Of a stretch of 64,000 nt of DNA, positions 39,570-50,045 are shown piece after piece. Position 1 is the stretch's first letter; each line of letters begins with the position of its first letter. The notes beneath the pieces are model-generated. The model was not told the DNA's origin, did no database searches, and saw nothing but the letters and a program-made list of their open reading frames with translations. The position numbers and the translations under genes were made by a program. Source of the stretch: Candidatus Methanosuratincola verstraetei (GTDB lineage Archaea > Thermoproteota > Methanomethylicia > Methanomethylicales > Methanomethylicaceae); assembly GCA_049570475.1 (NCBI GenBank), contig CP186953.1, positions 352,001-416,000 on the forward strand, written 5' to 3'.

Positions 39570-40700
39570 ATGGAAGGATTTGCATGGCTTAAGATGATAG
39601 TAGAGCCATGGTACAGAGCCCTCGAGGATCCGGAGGAAGCCCAAACCCAAGTCCTAGCGAGGCTGACCAGAGAATACGCCAAAACTGCATATGGCCAGGC
39701 TTATTGCGATGGTCCACTCTCAGATGCCGCGGATTACAGGCATAGGTTCCCCATAGTCGATTATGAGGACCTTAAACCTTGGCTCGACAAGGTGAAGAAC
39801 AAGGGGCACCAAGAGCTCCTCAGCGAGCCGGTCATCAGATGGGTAATGACCAGGGGGACGACCGGAAACCCCAAGCTGATCCCAGCCACTAGGACGCACC
39901 TCGAACAAGTGCTGATGGTCGGTGCGAGGGGTCTTGTGAACCACGCTTTGCGAACGGGGGATCAGGATCTCCTTAACGGCGGCGTCTTGAACCTAAACTT
40001 CCCTTCAGCAGTCGATTCAGAGGAAACGGGAGGGGGGAGGATAGAGTACGGGTACAGCTCAGGGACTTATGCCAAGTACAACCCGCGTCTTGGGAGTGTT
40101 GGGCTCGTCCCAAGCCAGGAGGAGATCGATGGGCTTGGAAACGGGATAAGCAGGCAGGACTGGGAGAAGAGGTTCGAGCTGGTGTACGAAAGGACAAAAG
40201 GGACGGACGTCAGATCGGTGATGGGCGTAACAAATGTTATCACCGCTTTCGGCAGGTACCTGAAGAAGAGACATGGACTGGCGCCAAAGGAAGTTTGGAG
40301 GTTCAGGGCAGCATTCTGCACCAGCCTGCCGAAGATACAAACATACCATGCACCCAAGATTAGAGCGCTATACGGAGCTGTGAGTGTAGTTGAGATGTAC
40401 ACAGCCACTGAAGGCGTGTTCGCACAGCAGCTAGACAATAACCCTTATGTTGTCCCGAACTACGACGCATATTTCTTCGAGGTCATGAAAGGGAAAGAAG
40501 TGAAGATGCTGCACGAGCTGAAGAGGGGGGAATGGGGAAGGCTTGTGGTATCTTCTTGCCTATTCCCGAGGTATGACATCGGCGACTACATCGAATGCGC
40601 AGGCAAAAACTACTACAGGGTTTATGGGAGGGCAAACAAAAAGGTGCTTTTGGAGCACTTGCTATTCAACATCTTCACAGGGAGGATAATCAGGGCTTAG
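39570..40700 (+). CDS. GH3-family acyl-adenylate-forming enzyme (short)
   Basis: TAYG, PIVDYEDL, TRGTTGNPK, YTATEG, RYDIGD. Confidence 0.82.
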   Translation: MEGFAWLKMIVEPWYRALEDPEEAQTQVLARLTREYAKTAYGQAYCDGPLSDAADYRHRFPIVDYEDLKPWLDKVKNKGHQELLSEPVIRWVMTRGTTGNPKLIPATRTHLEQVLMVGARGLVNHALRTGDQDLLNGGVLNLNFPSAVDSEETGGGRIEYGYSSGTYAKYNPRLGSVGLVPSQEEIDGLGNGISRQDWEKRFELVYERTKGTDVRSVMGVTNVITAFGRYLKKRHGLAPKEVWRFRAAFCTSLPKIQTYHAPKIRALYGAVSVVEMYTATEGVFAQQLDNNPYVVPNYDAYFFEVMKGKEVKMLHELKRGEWGRLVVSSCLFPRYDIGDYIECAGKNYYRVYGRANKKVLLEHLLFNIFTGRIIRA

Positions 40701-41250
40701 GCACCCTCCTCCGCCCCAGCAATCCGAACAAGATTATCACCAAGCCAAGAAGGATGATCATGACAGGCCAAAGATCCGTGTTGACCGAGTAAAACCCAGA
40801 CAGCCCGATCAGTGATATTATGGCCCCGCCGATCACCATGCCTACGAATGGGAATGGGCTCCTGCTCCTGATGGAATGGTAAAGACCCAAGAGCGCCAAA
40901 AGGATCCCGATCCCAGACATAAAACCGGGCCACCACTTTGACCAAGCTATCTGACCGGTGGTGGCCAGATAAAAAGTAACCCCCAGCCAGATCAAGGCGC
41001 CCCCGCCAAAAAGAGCGCCAGAAATGCTCCCTTCCCTCTCCTTCTCCTCCTGCTTCTCTCCTTCCTTTTCGCTTTTCTCCTCCTTCTCGCGCTTCTCGAC
41101 TTTCTCCTCCTTTTGGCGGCGGGTTGGTTTGGGTGGGACTGACTGAGCGGGGAAGACAGGGCTGCCGCATTTAGGGCAGAATGCGCCATCTTGGGGGATT
41201 TCAGCACCGCAGTGCGTGCAGAACTTTGACGAAGATGAAGACAAAAACAA
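40690..41250 (-). CDS. Zinc-ribbon membrane protein
   Basis: CTHCG..CPKCG, K/E-rich linker, four TM segments. Confidence 0.75.
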   Translation of the reverse strand: MFLSSSSSKFCTHCGAEIPQDGAFCPKCGSPVFPAQSVPPKPTRRQKEEKVEKREKEEKSEKEGEKQEEKEREGSISGALFGGGALIWLGVTFYLATTGQIAWSKWWPGFMSGIGILLALLGLYHSIRSRSPFPFVGMVIGGAIISLIGLSGFYSVNTDLWPVMIILLGLVIILFGLLGRRRVPKP

Positions 41251-41376
41251 CAGCTCCAGAAAAGCAAGTTACTCTATACGTGATTGCATTTATTGTCAGA
41301 TAAATTTTCCTATTTTTAAATTTCGTTTATCAGATTTATTAGTAGGGCGGATTAGATATTTCAAGGGGTTCAAAAG

Positions 41377-41853
41377 ATGGGGGCGTCCAGGGGCAACAGG
41401 GACTTCTTGGGATTGGTAAGCTTCGGCACGTTTCTAGTTGCGGTTGGATCATTGTTCGCATTCATCCCGAATCTGGTTGACAGGTTGAGAGAATTCATAA
41501 CAGATTTTGAACTGCTCGAGATCTCGCAAGGAATTTACCTTCCTGTAGTTAGAGGCCCGCATCCCGAAGTGTATAGCTTCCTGCTTTGGCTTGGAATTGC
41601 GATGGCGGTCACCAACGCAATAATTTTGGTTGCGCGGTTCACAATTCGTGACTCTGTAAGGAGGAGGGCGGACACATTATCAGGGATCATATTCTGGACT
41701 GGTATAGCGATCCTGGCAGACCAGCTATCAAGGCAAAATCTGGAGTTCCAGGCGGTCTATAGTTACCTCATAATAATTGCCGGCATCAGCATCCTGTCCA
41801 GCGGTATTGGCCTTCTGTTGGCCAAACGGGCATCAAGATCGCATTCAGGATAA
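41377..41853 (+). CDS. Hypothetical membrane protein
   Basis: About four hydrophobic segments. Confidence 0.65.
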   Translation: MGASRGNRDFLGLVSFGTFLVAVGSLFAFIPNLVDRLREFITDFELLEISQGIYLPVVRGPHPEVYSFLLWLGIAMAVTNAIILVARFTIRDSVRRRADTLSGIIFWTGIAILADQLSRQNLEFQAVYSYLIIIAGISILSSGIGLLLAKRASRSHSG

Positions 41854-41860
41854 TATCTCA

Positions 41861-42721
41861 TTATTTCTGAACGAGGTAAGCCAATTCCCTCAACTTCTTT
41901 ATGTTCCCCCTGTCATCGCGCCTTTGGTCCACCGGAGTTTCCATTATTAGCGGTAGGTCCCATATCCTCTTGTCCGAGAGTATATTGACGAAACCAGACT
42001 CCCCGATCTTACCAAGGCCTATGTGCTCGTGCCGGTCCAAGTGGGACCCTAGGTCGCCAACGGAATCGTTCATATGGATGACCTTGAGCTTTTCTAAGCC
42101 GATGGCGCTCTCGAGCGCGTCCAGCACAGAGCTGAAGTTGAGCCGCACATCGTAACCTGCCGCAAAGGCGTGGCAGGTATCCAGGCAAACCCCCACTTTG
42201 TCAGGCGAGCTCGTCTTTTCGATGATTGCGCAGATGTCCTCGAACCTGTTTCCAAGGCTGTTCTTCTGCCCTGCGGTGTTCTCGAGGAGGATCATGCACC
42301 TGCAACCCTTCCTGAAGACGGCATCCAGGGCTTCGGCTACCCTCTTTCGACCACTTTCTTCCCCGCTGGACATGTGGCTCCCGAGATGCGTCACTAAATA
42401 AGGTATCTCGAGCCTGTCGCAGCGATCGACCTCTGCCTCAAGTGTCCTCAGCGATTTTTCATAGATCTCCCTTGATGGGGATGCCAAATTTGGGAGGTAT
42501 GGCATATGGGCAACGACTGGCGAGAGTTTTGAAGCCTTTAGTTTATTTACGAAAGAGATCCTGACCTCTTCAGGTATGTCCGAGAATGCCCACCCCCTTG
42601 GGTTCCTGGTGAAGATCTGGAAGGTGTCACATCCGGCATCAGCCGCCCGGTCGACAGAGAGCGCTATTGACCCGGCAATCGAGACGTGCACGCCGACGCG
42701 AATCTCAACCATGATTCCCAC
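41861..42721 (-). CDS. nfo: Endonuclease IV
   Basis: GVHVSIAG, HMPYLPNL, LENTAG, DTCH, HMNDS, DRHE, ETP. Confidence 0.95.
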   Translation of the reverse strand: MGIMVEIRVGVHVSIAGSIALSVDRAADAGCDTFQIFTRNPRGWAFSDIPEEVRISFVNKLKASKLSPVVAHMPYLPNLASPSREIYEKSLRTLEAEVDRCDRLEIPYLVTHLGSHMSSGEESGRKRVAEALDAVFRKGCRCMILLENTAGQKNSLGNRFEDICAIIEKTSSPDKVGVCLDTCHAFAAGYDVRLNFSSVLDALESAIGLEKLKVIHMNDSVGDLGSHLDRHEHIGLGKIGESGFVNILSDKRIWDLPLIMETPVDQRRDDRGNIKKLRELAYLVQK

Positions 42722-42729
42722 AACTCGGA

Positions 42730-43398
42730 CTATTTCTGATCATCCCGGCTTTTTGGATCAGTGGCGGGAGGCTCCCTTTGAGCGAGCCCTCCTGTGCCCC
42801 CCTGTGGACTCTTGCCCCCTTCGATCGGATTGCCCTTGAGGATCATCTGACCTAGGCAGTACATGATCCATCCCAGAAGGTATTCTTGGAAATCGTCCGG
42901 GCTGATCCTCTTCAACAATTCGGTGATGGAGGAAAGACCCTTGCTTACAACCGCCCTGACTTCCTGGAAGAGGGGCTCGTTAATGATGAGCATCTCCCCA
43001 ATGCTTGAGAAGATCCTTTTCATTGAGGCGACATCTGATTCCGAAAAGGAGTCCCCGAATGACACGACTGCCAGGCACCGGTCGACATCCCCGTCCAGTA
43101 CCAAGTCGCATCTGCAGACCTTTGAAAGGGGGTAGAGGTCACGCAGCATCGAGAGATCAAAATTTGGAGTTGTTGAAATTACAATCTTTCTCCTAAGAAG
43201 GTGCCAGATCTCATCAGCTATAACCCTGCCCATTCGCTGGTCTGCACAAACAATCGCCACATCACAAATCTTTGCCATTTCATGCAGATTTTCAGGAAGG
43301 TGATCAGGGTTGCAAGAAATAAGCGGATATCCGCCGTAAGGAAGTTTCCTGAAAGGCATTCCAGAATCGTTGCCGCCTATCAAAAGAATCTGTTCCAT
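42730..43398 (-). CDS. Degenerate ProC-like protein
   Basis: DVAIVC, KIVIS..LRDL, FSSIG segments resemble pyrroline-5-carboxylate reductase; GxGxxG absent. Confidence 0.45.
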   Translation of the reverse strand: MEQILLIGGNDSGMPFRKLPYGGYPLISCNPDHLPENLHEMAKICDVAIVCADQRMGRVIADEIWHLLRRKIVISTTPNFDLSMLRDLYPLSKVCRCDLVLDGDVDRCLAVVSFGDSFSESDVASMKRIFSSIGEMLIINEPLFQEVRAVVSKGLSSITELLKRISPDDFQEYLLGWIMYCLGQMILKGNPIEGGKSPQGGTGGLAQREPPATDPKSRDDQK

Positions 43399-43525
43399 TA
43401 ACTACTCCTCATTTCTCAATCAGCACCAGTCTTTTTATCAGTTTTCACGAAGTGTCGGAGATTTGAGCCGACCTAATTCGATTAAATATTTCCTCGAGCA
43501 GTAAAGGAACAGGGGCTTTAACCGG

Positions 43526-45334
43526 ATGTCGTCAGAGCATGAAAGGATAGTCGGATCGGTCAGGAGCTCCACGCAGAAGCTCGTCGGCAAGTTCAGCGAG
43601 AAGATCGAGTCGATGAGGCGCTCCTCGGCTGCGATCAGAAGCCTGATAAGAGAAGGATACAGCGCAGATAAGGCAATCTTTGCTGCAAGATCGCTTTTCG
43701 GAAAAGAGGAAGCGAAGTTCGTAGCAGTAGATGGAACGATGGCGCAAGACAGGCAGCTTGACATGATCATATTCTACGCTGGGGCCTATGCCTACCAAGG
43801 GAAAATCATTTTTGATGAGTCCGGATGCAGGATGGCCGAACTCAATGAAGAGACGTCTTCCGCGAGCGTCTCCTCCGCGATACCGATATACGAGGAGGAA
43901 GAGTCGTCGGTGGCTGGGAAGATGACCGAGGCAGGGGCTGAAATAGACCCGATGCGCCTCCCAAGCTCGCTGATGCGCCTGTCAGAGTACTACCTTGCAA
44001 TGAAGGCGCTCGAAGTCGACCCAGGAGTGAAGGTCGTGCTGCTCGACAGGACCCTTGCAGGCGAGTTCGGGCACCTAGTGTGGAGCGCACGGGAATGGCT
44101 CGAGACCGGGCACTCAGCCATGGAAGGGATGGACACACCGTTTGGAACCGTTTCTCAGTCTGATCTGGATCTGGCTAGGATGCTGAACCCCAACAAGGGG
44201 CTATTGCTGCCCCCGCCTAGGAGCCAATTCATAAGGTACGCGATTGTCGAGCACCTGATCAGTGCTGGAAAGGAAGTCTCCGAGGAAGAGCTGATCAGAG
44301 CCTTGTCGAAAGGAGGCGGAAAGGCAGAGAGGATAAGAAGGGAACTGCAGAGATTACGCGATGAATACGGATTGTTGGAGCCTGGAGAAGGCTGCAGGCT
44401 CAAGCCACATGTTTGGGCTTACTGGGAAAGGGTATCCTTTGCTGCAAAGAAAGTGGCAGAACACATCTTTGAGACCCCTCCAGGGGAGCACCCGCTGATA
44501 ATGAAGGGAGGCGGCGGAGAGCGCTGGATTTGTTCAGACGACCTCGATCTTGTCAGCCTCTTCATTCTCCAAAGACTCCTCAGGATGGCATGGGATAATG
44601 GCGTACTCCTGGTGGGGCTGATAAAAGACACGATGGCTTATGAACTTGCCCATTCAGTTTCAAAGGTGCTATCCGCGACCGGAAGAATTGGATTAGCGGG
44701 CAATGTGCCCGACTTCAACAGCGACAAGGCGCTTCTCCAGAATTACAGCGTGGTGGAGGCTATGGGGCTCAACACCCCATGGAGAACGATCGAGTATGAT
44801 TCTTGCTTCAGGACAGCCATACCTCTGTGCGACGCGCCGGCTCCAGGCCATGGGGTGAAGGTCAAGGGTGCACACAAGAATGTGATATCCAATGAGAGGA
44901 CCTTCGTCAAGGCATATGTCCAGCTCTGGCGCAGCAACAATGATCCGGCCATCAGAAGCCATGTCTTTGCATATGACAGACCCTGCTACCCAGGCCTCGA
45001 CAACCTCAGGGGACTTGTCCTCTTGCACGAGGACGGGGAGGGCGTGGAGATGATTGAGCCAGTTTTGGAGTGCGAAGAGGGTAGCCCAGTAGCGGACTTG
45101 GTCATTGCAATACTCTCTTCGATGGCAGGCGAAGTCATACCAGAAGCGCTGGGGCACAACTTCCCCCTCTTTCTGGCGGACAAGAAGGCCAAGCTCGTCC
45201 TGGAAGGGGCCAGACAGACATACCTTGCGACAGTTGCGTATGAACTCGCCAAGAGCAGGCTAGATCAGCAAATCTTATTCAACACAAAGTTCAGAGACTT
45301 CAGATCTGAAATAGAGGCGATTAGGAGGGGTTGA
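43526..45334 (+). CDS. nurA: NurA-family nuclease (large)
   Basis: VAVDGT, VLLDRTL, VGLIKD, LGHNFPLFLADKKA. Confidence 0.82.
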   Translation: MSSEHERIVGSVRSSTQKLVGKFSEKIESMRRSSAAIRSLIREGYSADKAIFAARSLFGKEEAKFVAVDGTMAQDRQLDMIIFYAGAYAYQGKIIFDESGCRMAELNEETSSASVSSAIPIYEEEESSVAGKMTEAGAEIDPMRLPSSLMRLSEYYLAMKALEVDPGVKVVLLDRTLAGEFGHLVWSAREWLETGHSAMEGMDTPFGTVSQSDLDLARMLNPNKGLLLPPPRSQFIRYAIVEHLISAGKEVSEEELIRALSKGGGKAERIRRELQRLRDEYGLLEPGEGCRLKPHVWAYWERVSFAAKKVAEHIFETPPGEHPLIMKGGGGERWICSDDLDLVSLFILQRLLRMAWDNGVLLVGLIKDTMAYELAHSVSKVLSATGRIGLAGNVPDFNSDKALLQNYSVVEAMGLNTPWRTIEYDSCFRTAIPLCDAPAPGHGVKVKGAHKNVISNERTFVKAYVQLWRSNNDPAIRSHVFAYDRPCYPGLDNLRGLVLLHEDGEGVEMIEPVLECEEGSPVADLVIAILSSMAGEVIPEALGHNFPLFLADKKAKLVLEGARQTYLATVAYELAKSRLDQQILFNTKFRDFRSEIEAIRRG

Positions 45335-45338
45335 TCAG

Positions 45339-47147
45339 TTGGATTTCTTCGACGACTTGGGCGGCGAATTCGTGGCTAGGCTCCGAGAGATACATTCCGC
45401 CACAAGGACGACCTCGGACGGGAAGGCGACAATAACCTTCCGGACTGCAAGGATAGAGGCCGAATATGATCCGGATGTAATGAGGAAGGTGGAGGCGGGC
45501 AGGCTGATCGCAATACCTAACATAATGGGCGTCGGCACAAACGACTCATTCTCGATCTACGAGATTGCAGACCTTTACCCGATGCACTACAGCATGCTCA
45601 CGCTCGACAAGAGCCAGCCGAGCATGATAAGGAAGGAGTTCATGAGCCTCATAGACGCGGAGTGGCAGAAAGGATCCAAGAGCACATGGATCGAGATAGT
45701 CGCAGCCCCAACGGGCTATGTCATGAAGATTGAAGGCGGGTTGCCGGCTTTCCTGAGGAAGAATATTGCCCCCCTCCCCGGGGCAAAGGTTTCGCTGCTC
45801 AGCAGGGAGCTGATCAAGAAATTCATTTGTTATGCGCCGAAGGGCAACAGGGATTGCGACTACACCGTAGGTAAGCTCTTGGGGGTGGCCGATGAGGATA
45901 TACCGTTCACTGTCAACCTCGAAAAGCTCCTCCATTACCACGTGGGCGTCTTCGCATTCACAGGTTCTGGGAAGAGCAACCTGACCTCACTGGTGGTTAG
46001 GAAGGCGGTGAAGGCTTGCCCGGACATGAAAGTGGTCATTTTCGACGTCTCTTCAGAGTATGGGATAAGCATACTCGACCTCCTCTGCGATGCACCAAGC
46101 AGGATCCTTTTCACCGAGGAGATCTCTGAAACAGACACAATTGAGGCGGCGGAGGAGTATTACAGGAGGCATGTGATCCCAGAGTCGCTATCGGAGAGGA
46201 GGGAAGAGCTGATCGTCCGCATCAGGGACCTATTCGAGGGCAAGAAGGTGCTCAAGCTGTCACTGCCCTCAAGGGAAGCTTTGAAGATGAATGCCTACAG
46301 GAGCTACGGCGGGCTGCTCGAGATCCTCTCCGGATTGCTTGAGGAGAAGTACGGCGCCTCGGCACAGAAGGTGATTGTCCCGGAAGTGATGGCCAAGATA
46401 AAAGGATTTCTTGAAAGGAACGGTATCGACGAGGAGACACGTATAGGGGCCGAAGCCGAGCCGCTGCTGTGCGAGATAGACCAGCTGATCGGGAAGGCAA
46501 AGCTAAGGGACGATGCCGCAATAAAAACAGTATTCCACAACCTTAGGGTCGTTATCGGCGAACGTGAAGGGGAGGCGGAAGGAGGCTATACGGTTCGCGA
46601 CCTGACTGCTGAGATAATGGACACATGCCAAGGGGCCCCGAGGGTGTTCGTGATCAACCTTCCCGAGGTGGAGGCTGCCCGGAGCCTCTGCGCTGAACTG
46701 ATAAGCGAGGTCTTCAGGGCAAAGAAGAGGAGCTTTTCGCTGGATCCGAGAGTGGTCTTTGTTTTCGACGAGGCACAAGAATTCATACCGTATGAGAAGA
46801 AGAAAGAGGACGGGACTGAATACTCGAGCCTGGCGGTCGAGCGGCTGCTCAGGCATGGACGCAAGTACCACCTACATGGCTGGATAAGTACCCAGAGGAT
46901 AGCCCACCTCAACACAAATGTACTGCAGCAGCTGCACAGTTACTTCGTTAGCACTATGCCAAGACCGTACGACAGGCAGCTGATTTCAGATACATTTGCG
47001 ATAGACGACGCATTCATGGAAAGGACCCTCCTCTTCCAGAATGGGGACTGGCTGATGACGAGCTTCAAAGCAACCAATACTCAGAATGTCCCGGTCTTCT
47101 TCCACGCATTTAACAACGAGGATTTTATCTTGTCTGAGGGGCGATGA
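45339..47147 (+). CDS. herA: HerA-family ATPase
   Basis: HVGVFAFTGSGKS, IFDxxxEY, FVFDEAQ, RHGRKY, STQR. Confidence 0.87.
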   Translation: MDFFDDLGGEFVARLREIHSATRTTSDGKATITFRTARIEAEYDPDVMRKVEAGRLIAIPNIMGVGTNDSFSIYEIADLYPMHYSMLTLDKSQPSMIRKEFMSLIDAEWQKGSKSTWIEIVAAPTGYVMKIEGGLPAFLRKNIAPLPGAKVSLLSRELIKKFICYAPKGNRDCDYTVGKLLGVADEDIPFTVNLEKLLHYHVGVFAFTGSGKSNLTSLVVRKAVKACPDMKVVIFDVSSEYGISILDLLCDAPSRILFTEEISETDTIEAAEEYYRRHVIPESLSERREELIVRIRDLFEGKKVLKLSLPSREALKMNAYRSYGGLLEILSGLLEEKYGASAQKVIVPEVMAKIKGFLERNGIDEETRIGAEAEPLLCEIDQLIGKAKLRDDAAIKTVFHNLRVVIGEREGEAEGGYTVRDLTAEIMDTCQGAPRVFVINLPEVEAARSLCAELISEVFRAKKRSFSLDPRVVFVFDEAQEFIPYEKKKEDGTEYSSLAVERLLRHGRKYHLHGWISTQRIAHLNTNVLQQLHSYFVSTMPRPYDRQLISDTFAIDDAFMERTLLFQNGDWLMTSFKATNTQNVPVFFHAFNNEDFILSEGR

Positions 47148-47233
47148 GGGGCTGATTGTTTGTTCGCGAATTTGCCATAATCCGATAACGCTTATCAGAT
47201 TAACCGCCCAAGTGATTAGTGTTGCAGGTGTGC

Positions 47234-48016
47234 ATGATGTCCTTCAGCGATTTGAGGAGCATTGGGCTCAAAGATGTTGAGATCAGGATTTACGAGCACC
47301 TGGTCGAGAACGGTGAAGATCTCCTATCTGCCATACCTGAGAAGCTTGGTCTTAATGCAGAGGAGGCAAGGTCAGCGGTTGAAGAGCTCACTAGGATCGG
47401 GGCAATCGAGTCCAAGTCTGGGATGCTGACGCCGGTTGCCCCCAAGGCATTCTTGCAAAGATACATAAAGAAGCAAGAGGTAGAGTGCGACCTCAGGATC
47501 TCAGAGCTCCGTGCAACGGTTGGAAGGCTCCAGTCCGCCCTTGAGCCGATATATGCCGAGAAGAGGCTGGGCATGAGGATGGAAGAGCTGCTGCAGGCAA
47601 TTGACGGCCTTCCAGCAATGGAGCTTGAGACGGTCAAGATAATCTCCAGGGCAAACTCAGAGGTCTGCATTCTCGCAGAGGAGTTCAGCTGGTACTACAA
47701 GGTCAGGGAAGAGCTGCTTTCGGCTCTGGAGAGGAAGGTCGCTGTAAGGGTGATCCTCCTAGTCAAGGACGGCAAGGTTGCCCAGAGGGTCGACGACATG
47801 AAGCAACACGGGATTGAGGTCAGGTTTTCAGGCAGGGAGTGGAGAAACACCCGGTTCACAATTGCCGACTCGAAAGAACTGACATTCCTCATATGGGCAA
47901 GGAAGAGCGACAGCAGCAGGATCTACTACAGACCAGGGTACACCAAAAACCCAGGACTTGTGTCAGTGTTTCACGACTCATTTGACCTGCTGTGGGAGAG
48001 ATCGGATCGGCTGTAG
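47234..48016 (+). CDS. TrmB-family transcriptional regulator
   Basis: LRSIGL..ExRIY wHTH plus PLD-like effector domain. Confidence 0.82.
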   Translation: MMSFSDLRSIGLKDVEIRIYEHLVENGEDLLSAIPEKLGLNAEEARSAVEELTRIGAIESKSGMLTPVAPKAFLQRYIKKQEVECDLRISELRATVGRLQSALEPIYAEKRLGMRMEELLQAIDGLPAMELETVKIISRANSEVCILAEEFSWYYKVREELLSALERKVAVRVILLVKDGKVAQRVDDMKQHGIEVRFSGREWRNTRFTIADSKELTFLIWARKSDSSRIYYRPGYTKNPGLVSVFHDSFDLLWERSDRL

Positions 48017-48031
48017 GTACTGCGCAGGTGT

Positions 48032-48976
48032 ATGCACACGATCGAAGCTGTGAGGGTCGCCTACGGATCGGCACTGGAACTGGGTCTGTTGAGGGGCAGG
48101 ACGGATGCCCGGGCAACGACGCTCTACCTTTTCGTTTCAAAGACGGGTTGCAGGGGATCTTGCGCCTTCTGCCCCCAGCCCTATGGCGGAATCAGTAAGA
48201 TCTCGAGGGTGGAATGGCCGAGATTCGCTCTGGAGGAGGTGGCTAGGGCATTGACCCAGGCGACCGGGCTGGAGAGGGTCTGCATACAGTGTTCCGACGA
48301 GCCAGGGATAGCATCCGAAGCCGAAGTGATCGTGAAGCGCCTGGCTCCAGCTGGGTTGCCCTTCTCGGTTTCAGCGCCACCCATTACTGTGGAGGAAATG
48401 GAAAGGCTCAGGGACGCAGGTGTGGAGATCCTGACTGTCCCGGTTGATTGCGCAGACAAGAAGAGGTTCAGATCTGTGAAAGGCAGGGACCTGGAGGGGA
48501 TAATGGGTTCACTGAGGGCAGCATTAAGGGTTTTCGGAAGAGGAAAGGTAGGGACGCACCTCATCGTCGGGCTCGGCGAGTCTGAAAGAGAAGCGGTAGA
48601 GATGATCGACGCTGTTTCAAGGATGGGAGTCACCCCATCTCTCTTTGCGTTTACTCCAATCAGAGGGACACGAATGGAGAATGCAGCCAGCCCCCCGATA
48701 GGCTCATACCGGAGGGTCCAGATCGCCCGGCACCTGATTGTCAACGCGGGCCTGAAAGCTTCAGACTTTAAATTTGGCCCGGATGGAAGGATCACAGGGT
48801 TCGGGTGCTCGGAGGAAGTTCTTGAGAGAACATTCGATTTGGGGCATCCGTTCATGGTGTGCGGCTGTCCCGGCTGCAACAGGCCCTACTTCAATGAAAG
48901 AGCTTCAGGGCCGTTCTACAACTATCCCTTCAAACCTGACCCAAAGAGGGTTGCCGAGGAGACGTGGTCCTATTGA
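48032..48976 (+). CDS. lipS2: Archaeal lipoyl synthase LipS2-like radical SAM
   Basis: CRGSCAFC, THLIVGLGE, GCPGCNRP; next to lipoate ligase. Confidence 0.8.
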   Translation: MHTIEAVRVAYGSALELGLLRGRTDARATTLYLFVSKTGCRGSCAFCPQPYGGISKISRVEWPRFALEEVARALTQATGLERVCIQCSDEPGIASEAEVIVKRLAPAGLPFSVSAPPITVEEMERLRDAGVEILTVPVDCADKKRFRSVKGRDLEGIMGSLRAALRVFGRGKVGTHLIVGLGESEREAVEMIDAVSRMGVTPSLFAFTPIRGTRMENAASPPIGSYRRVQIARHLIVNAGLKASDFKFGPDGRITGFGCSEEVLERTFDLGHPFMVCGCPGCNRPYFNERASGPFYNYPFKPDPKRVAEETWSY

Positions 48977-49728
48977 AAAGGCTCAGGGTGATCGAATTCG
49001 AGTTTGGGGACGCCCCTTTCAACATGGCACTTGACGAGGCGATAATGAGGTCGGTAGGGTCGGGTAAGAGCCCTCCAACGCTCAGGCTCTACGGATGGGA
49101 TCCGCCGGCTGTCTCAATTGGATACTTCCAAGAGATAAAGGAGGAGGTCAACCTCGAGTTCTGCCACGAGAAGGGAATCCAAGTGGTGAGGAGGCTCTCC
49201 GGTGGCGGGGCTGTGCTCCATACCCCGAAGGAGCTCACTTACAGCTTCGCAGTAGAGGCAAACGACCCCTCTGTCCCGCAGGACATTCAGGGAAGTTACC
49301 TCAAGATATGCGCTCCAATCATTTCAGCGCTGAGAGAGATAGGGGTGCCGGCATCGTTCCGACCAGTTAACGATATCGAGGTGAGGAAGAGGAAGATCTC
49401 CGGGAGCGCGCAGACAAGGAGGTTCGGCGCGATCCTCCAGCACGGTACGATACTACTAGGCATGGACTATTCACTACTCCCCGCCCTAAGGGTAAGGGCA
49501 GAGAAGCTCGCAGAAAAAGGGGCAAAAGACGTTGCAGGAAGGATAACGACTGTAGCCGAAATCCTAGGCAAAGAAGTCAGCCATGCAGAATTCTCCAAGA
49601 TCCTTGTGAGGAGCTTTGAGGATCACTTCGGCGCTGTTGCATACTCCTCTGACCTTTCAGAGGACGAGTGCATAGCCCCAACGCTGGAGGAGAGGTACAG
49701 GTCAATCGACTGGACCTTCAGGAGGTGA
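48964..49728 (+). CDS. lplA: Lipoate-protein ligase catalytic subunit
   Basis: NMALDEA, RRLSGGGAV, NDI, KISGSAQ, QHGT. Confidence 0.93.
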   Translation: MVLLKRLRVIEFEFGDAPFNMALDEAIMRSVGSGKSPPTLRLYGWDPPAVSIGYFQEIKEEVNLEFCHEKGIQVVRRLSGGGAVLHTPKELTYSFAVEANDPSVPQDIQGSYLKICAPIISALREIGVPASFRPVNDIEVRKRKISGSAQTRRFGAILQHGTILLGMDYSLLPALRVRAEKLAEKGAKDVAGRITTVAEILGKEVSHAEFSKILVRSFEDHFGAVAYSSDLSEDECIAPTLEERYRSIDWTFRR

Positions 49729-49732
49729 TGCT

Positions 49733-50002
49733 TTGGAAAGGGAGCTGGTGAGGAAGTTCAAGGACGGGAAGCTCGTCAAAGTCAAGATTGTCCTGGAGGG
49801 GGGATTGATCAAGGATGCAAAGATAACAGGGGACTTCTTTGCACATCCCGAAGAGGGGATAGAAATTATAGAGAAGGAGCTCATAGGTAAGGACTTGTGC
49901 AACGCGAGACAGGCAATCGAGAGCGCAATTGGGGGGATCACGCTCATAGGGTTGCGTCTAGAAGACCTTATCGCGATGGTGCAGGAGTGCCTAGACCGTT
50001 AA
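49733..50002 (+). CDS. lplB: Lipoate-protein ligase accessory (C-terminal) subunit
   Basis: ITGDFFAHP motif, 89 aa. Confidence 0.85.
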   Translation: MERELVRKFKDGKLVKVKIVLEGGLIKDAKITGDFFAHPEEGIEIIEKELIGKDLCNARQAIESAIGGITLIGLRLEDLIAMVQECLDR

Positions 50003-50045
50003 AGTTGAGGAGAAACCTGTTTTACCGGATGGGATTGGTTCGATT

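Noticed and set aside
41030-41115. CT-rich low-complexity run
   Set aside because: Encodes the K/E-rich linker of the zinc-ribbon membrane protein
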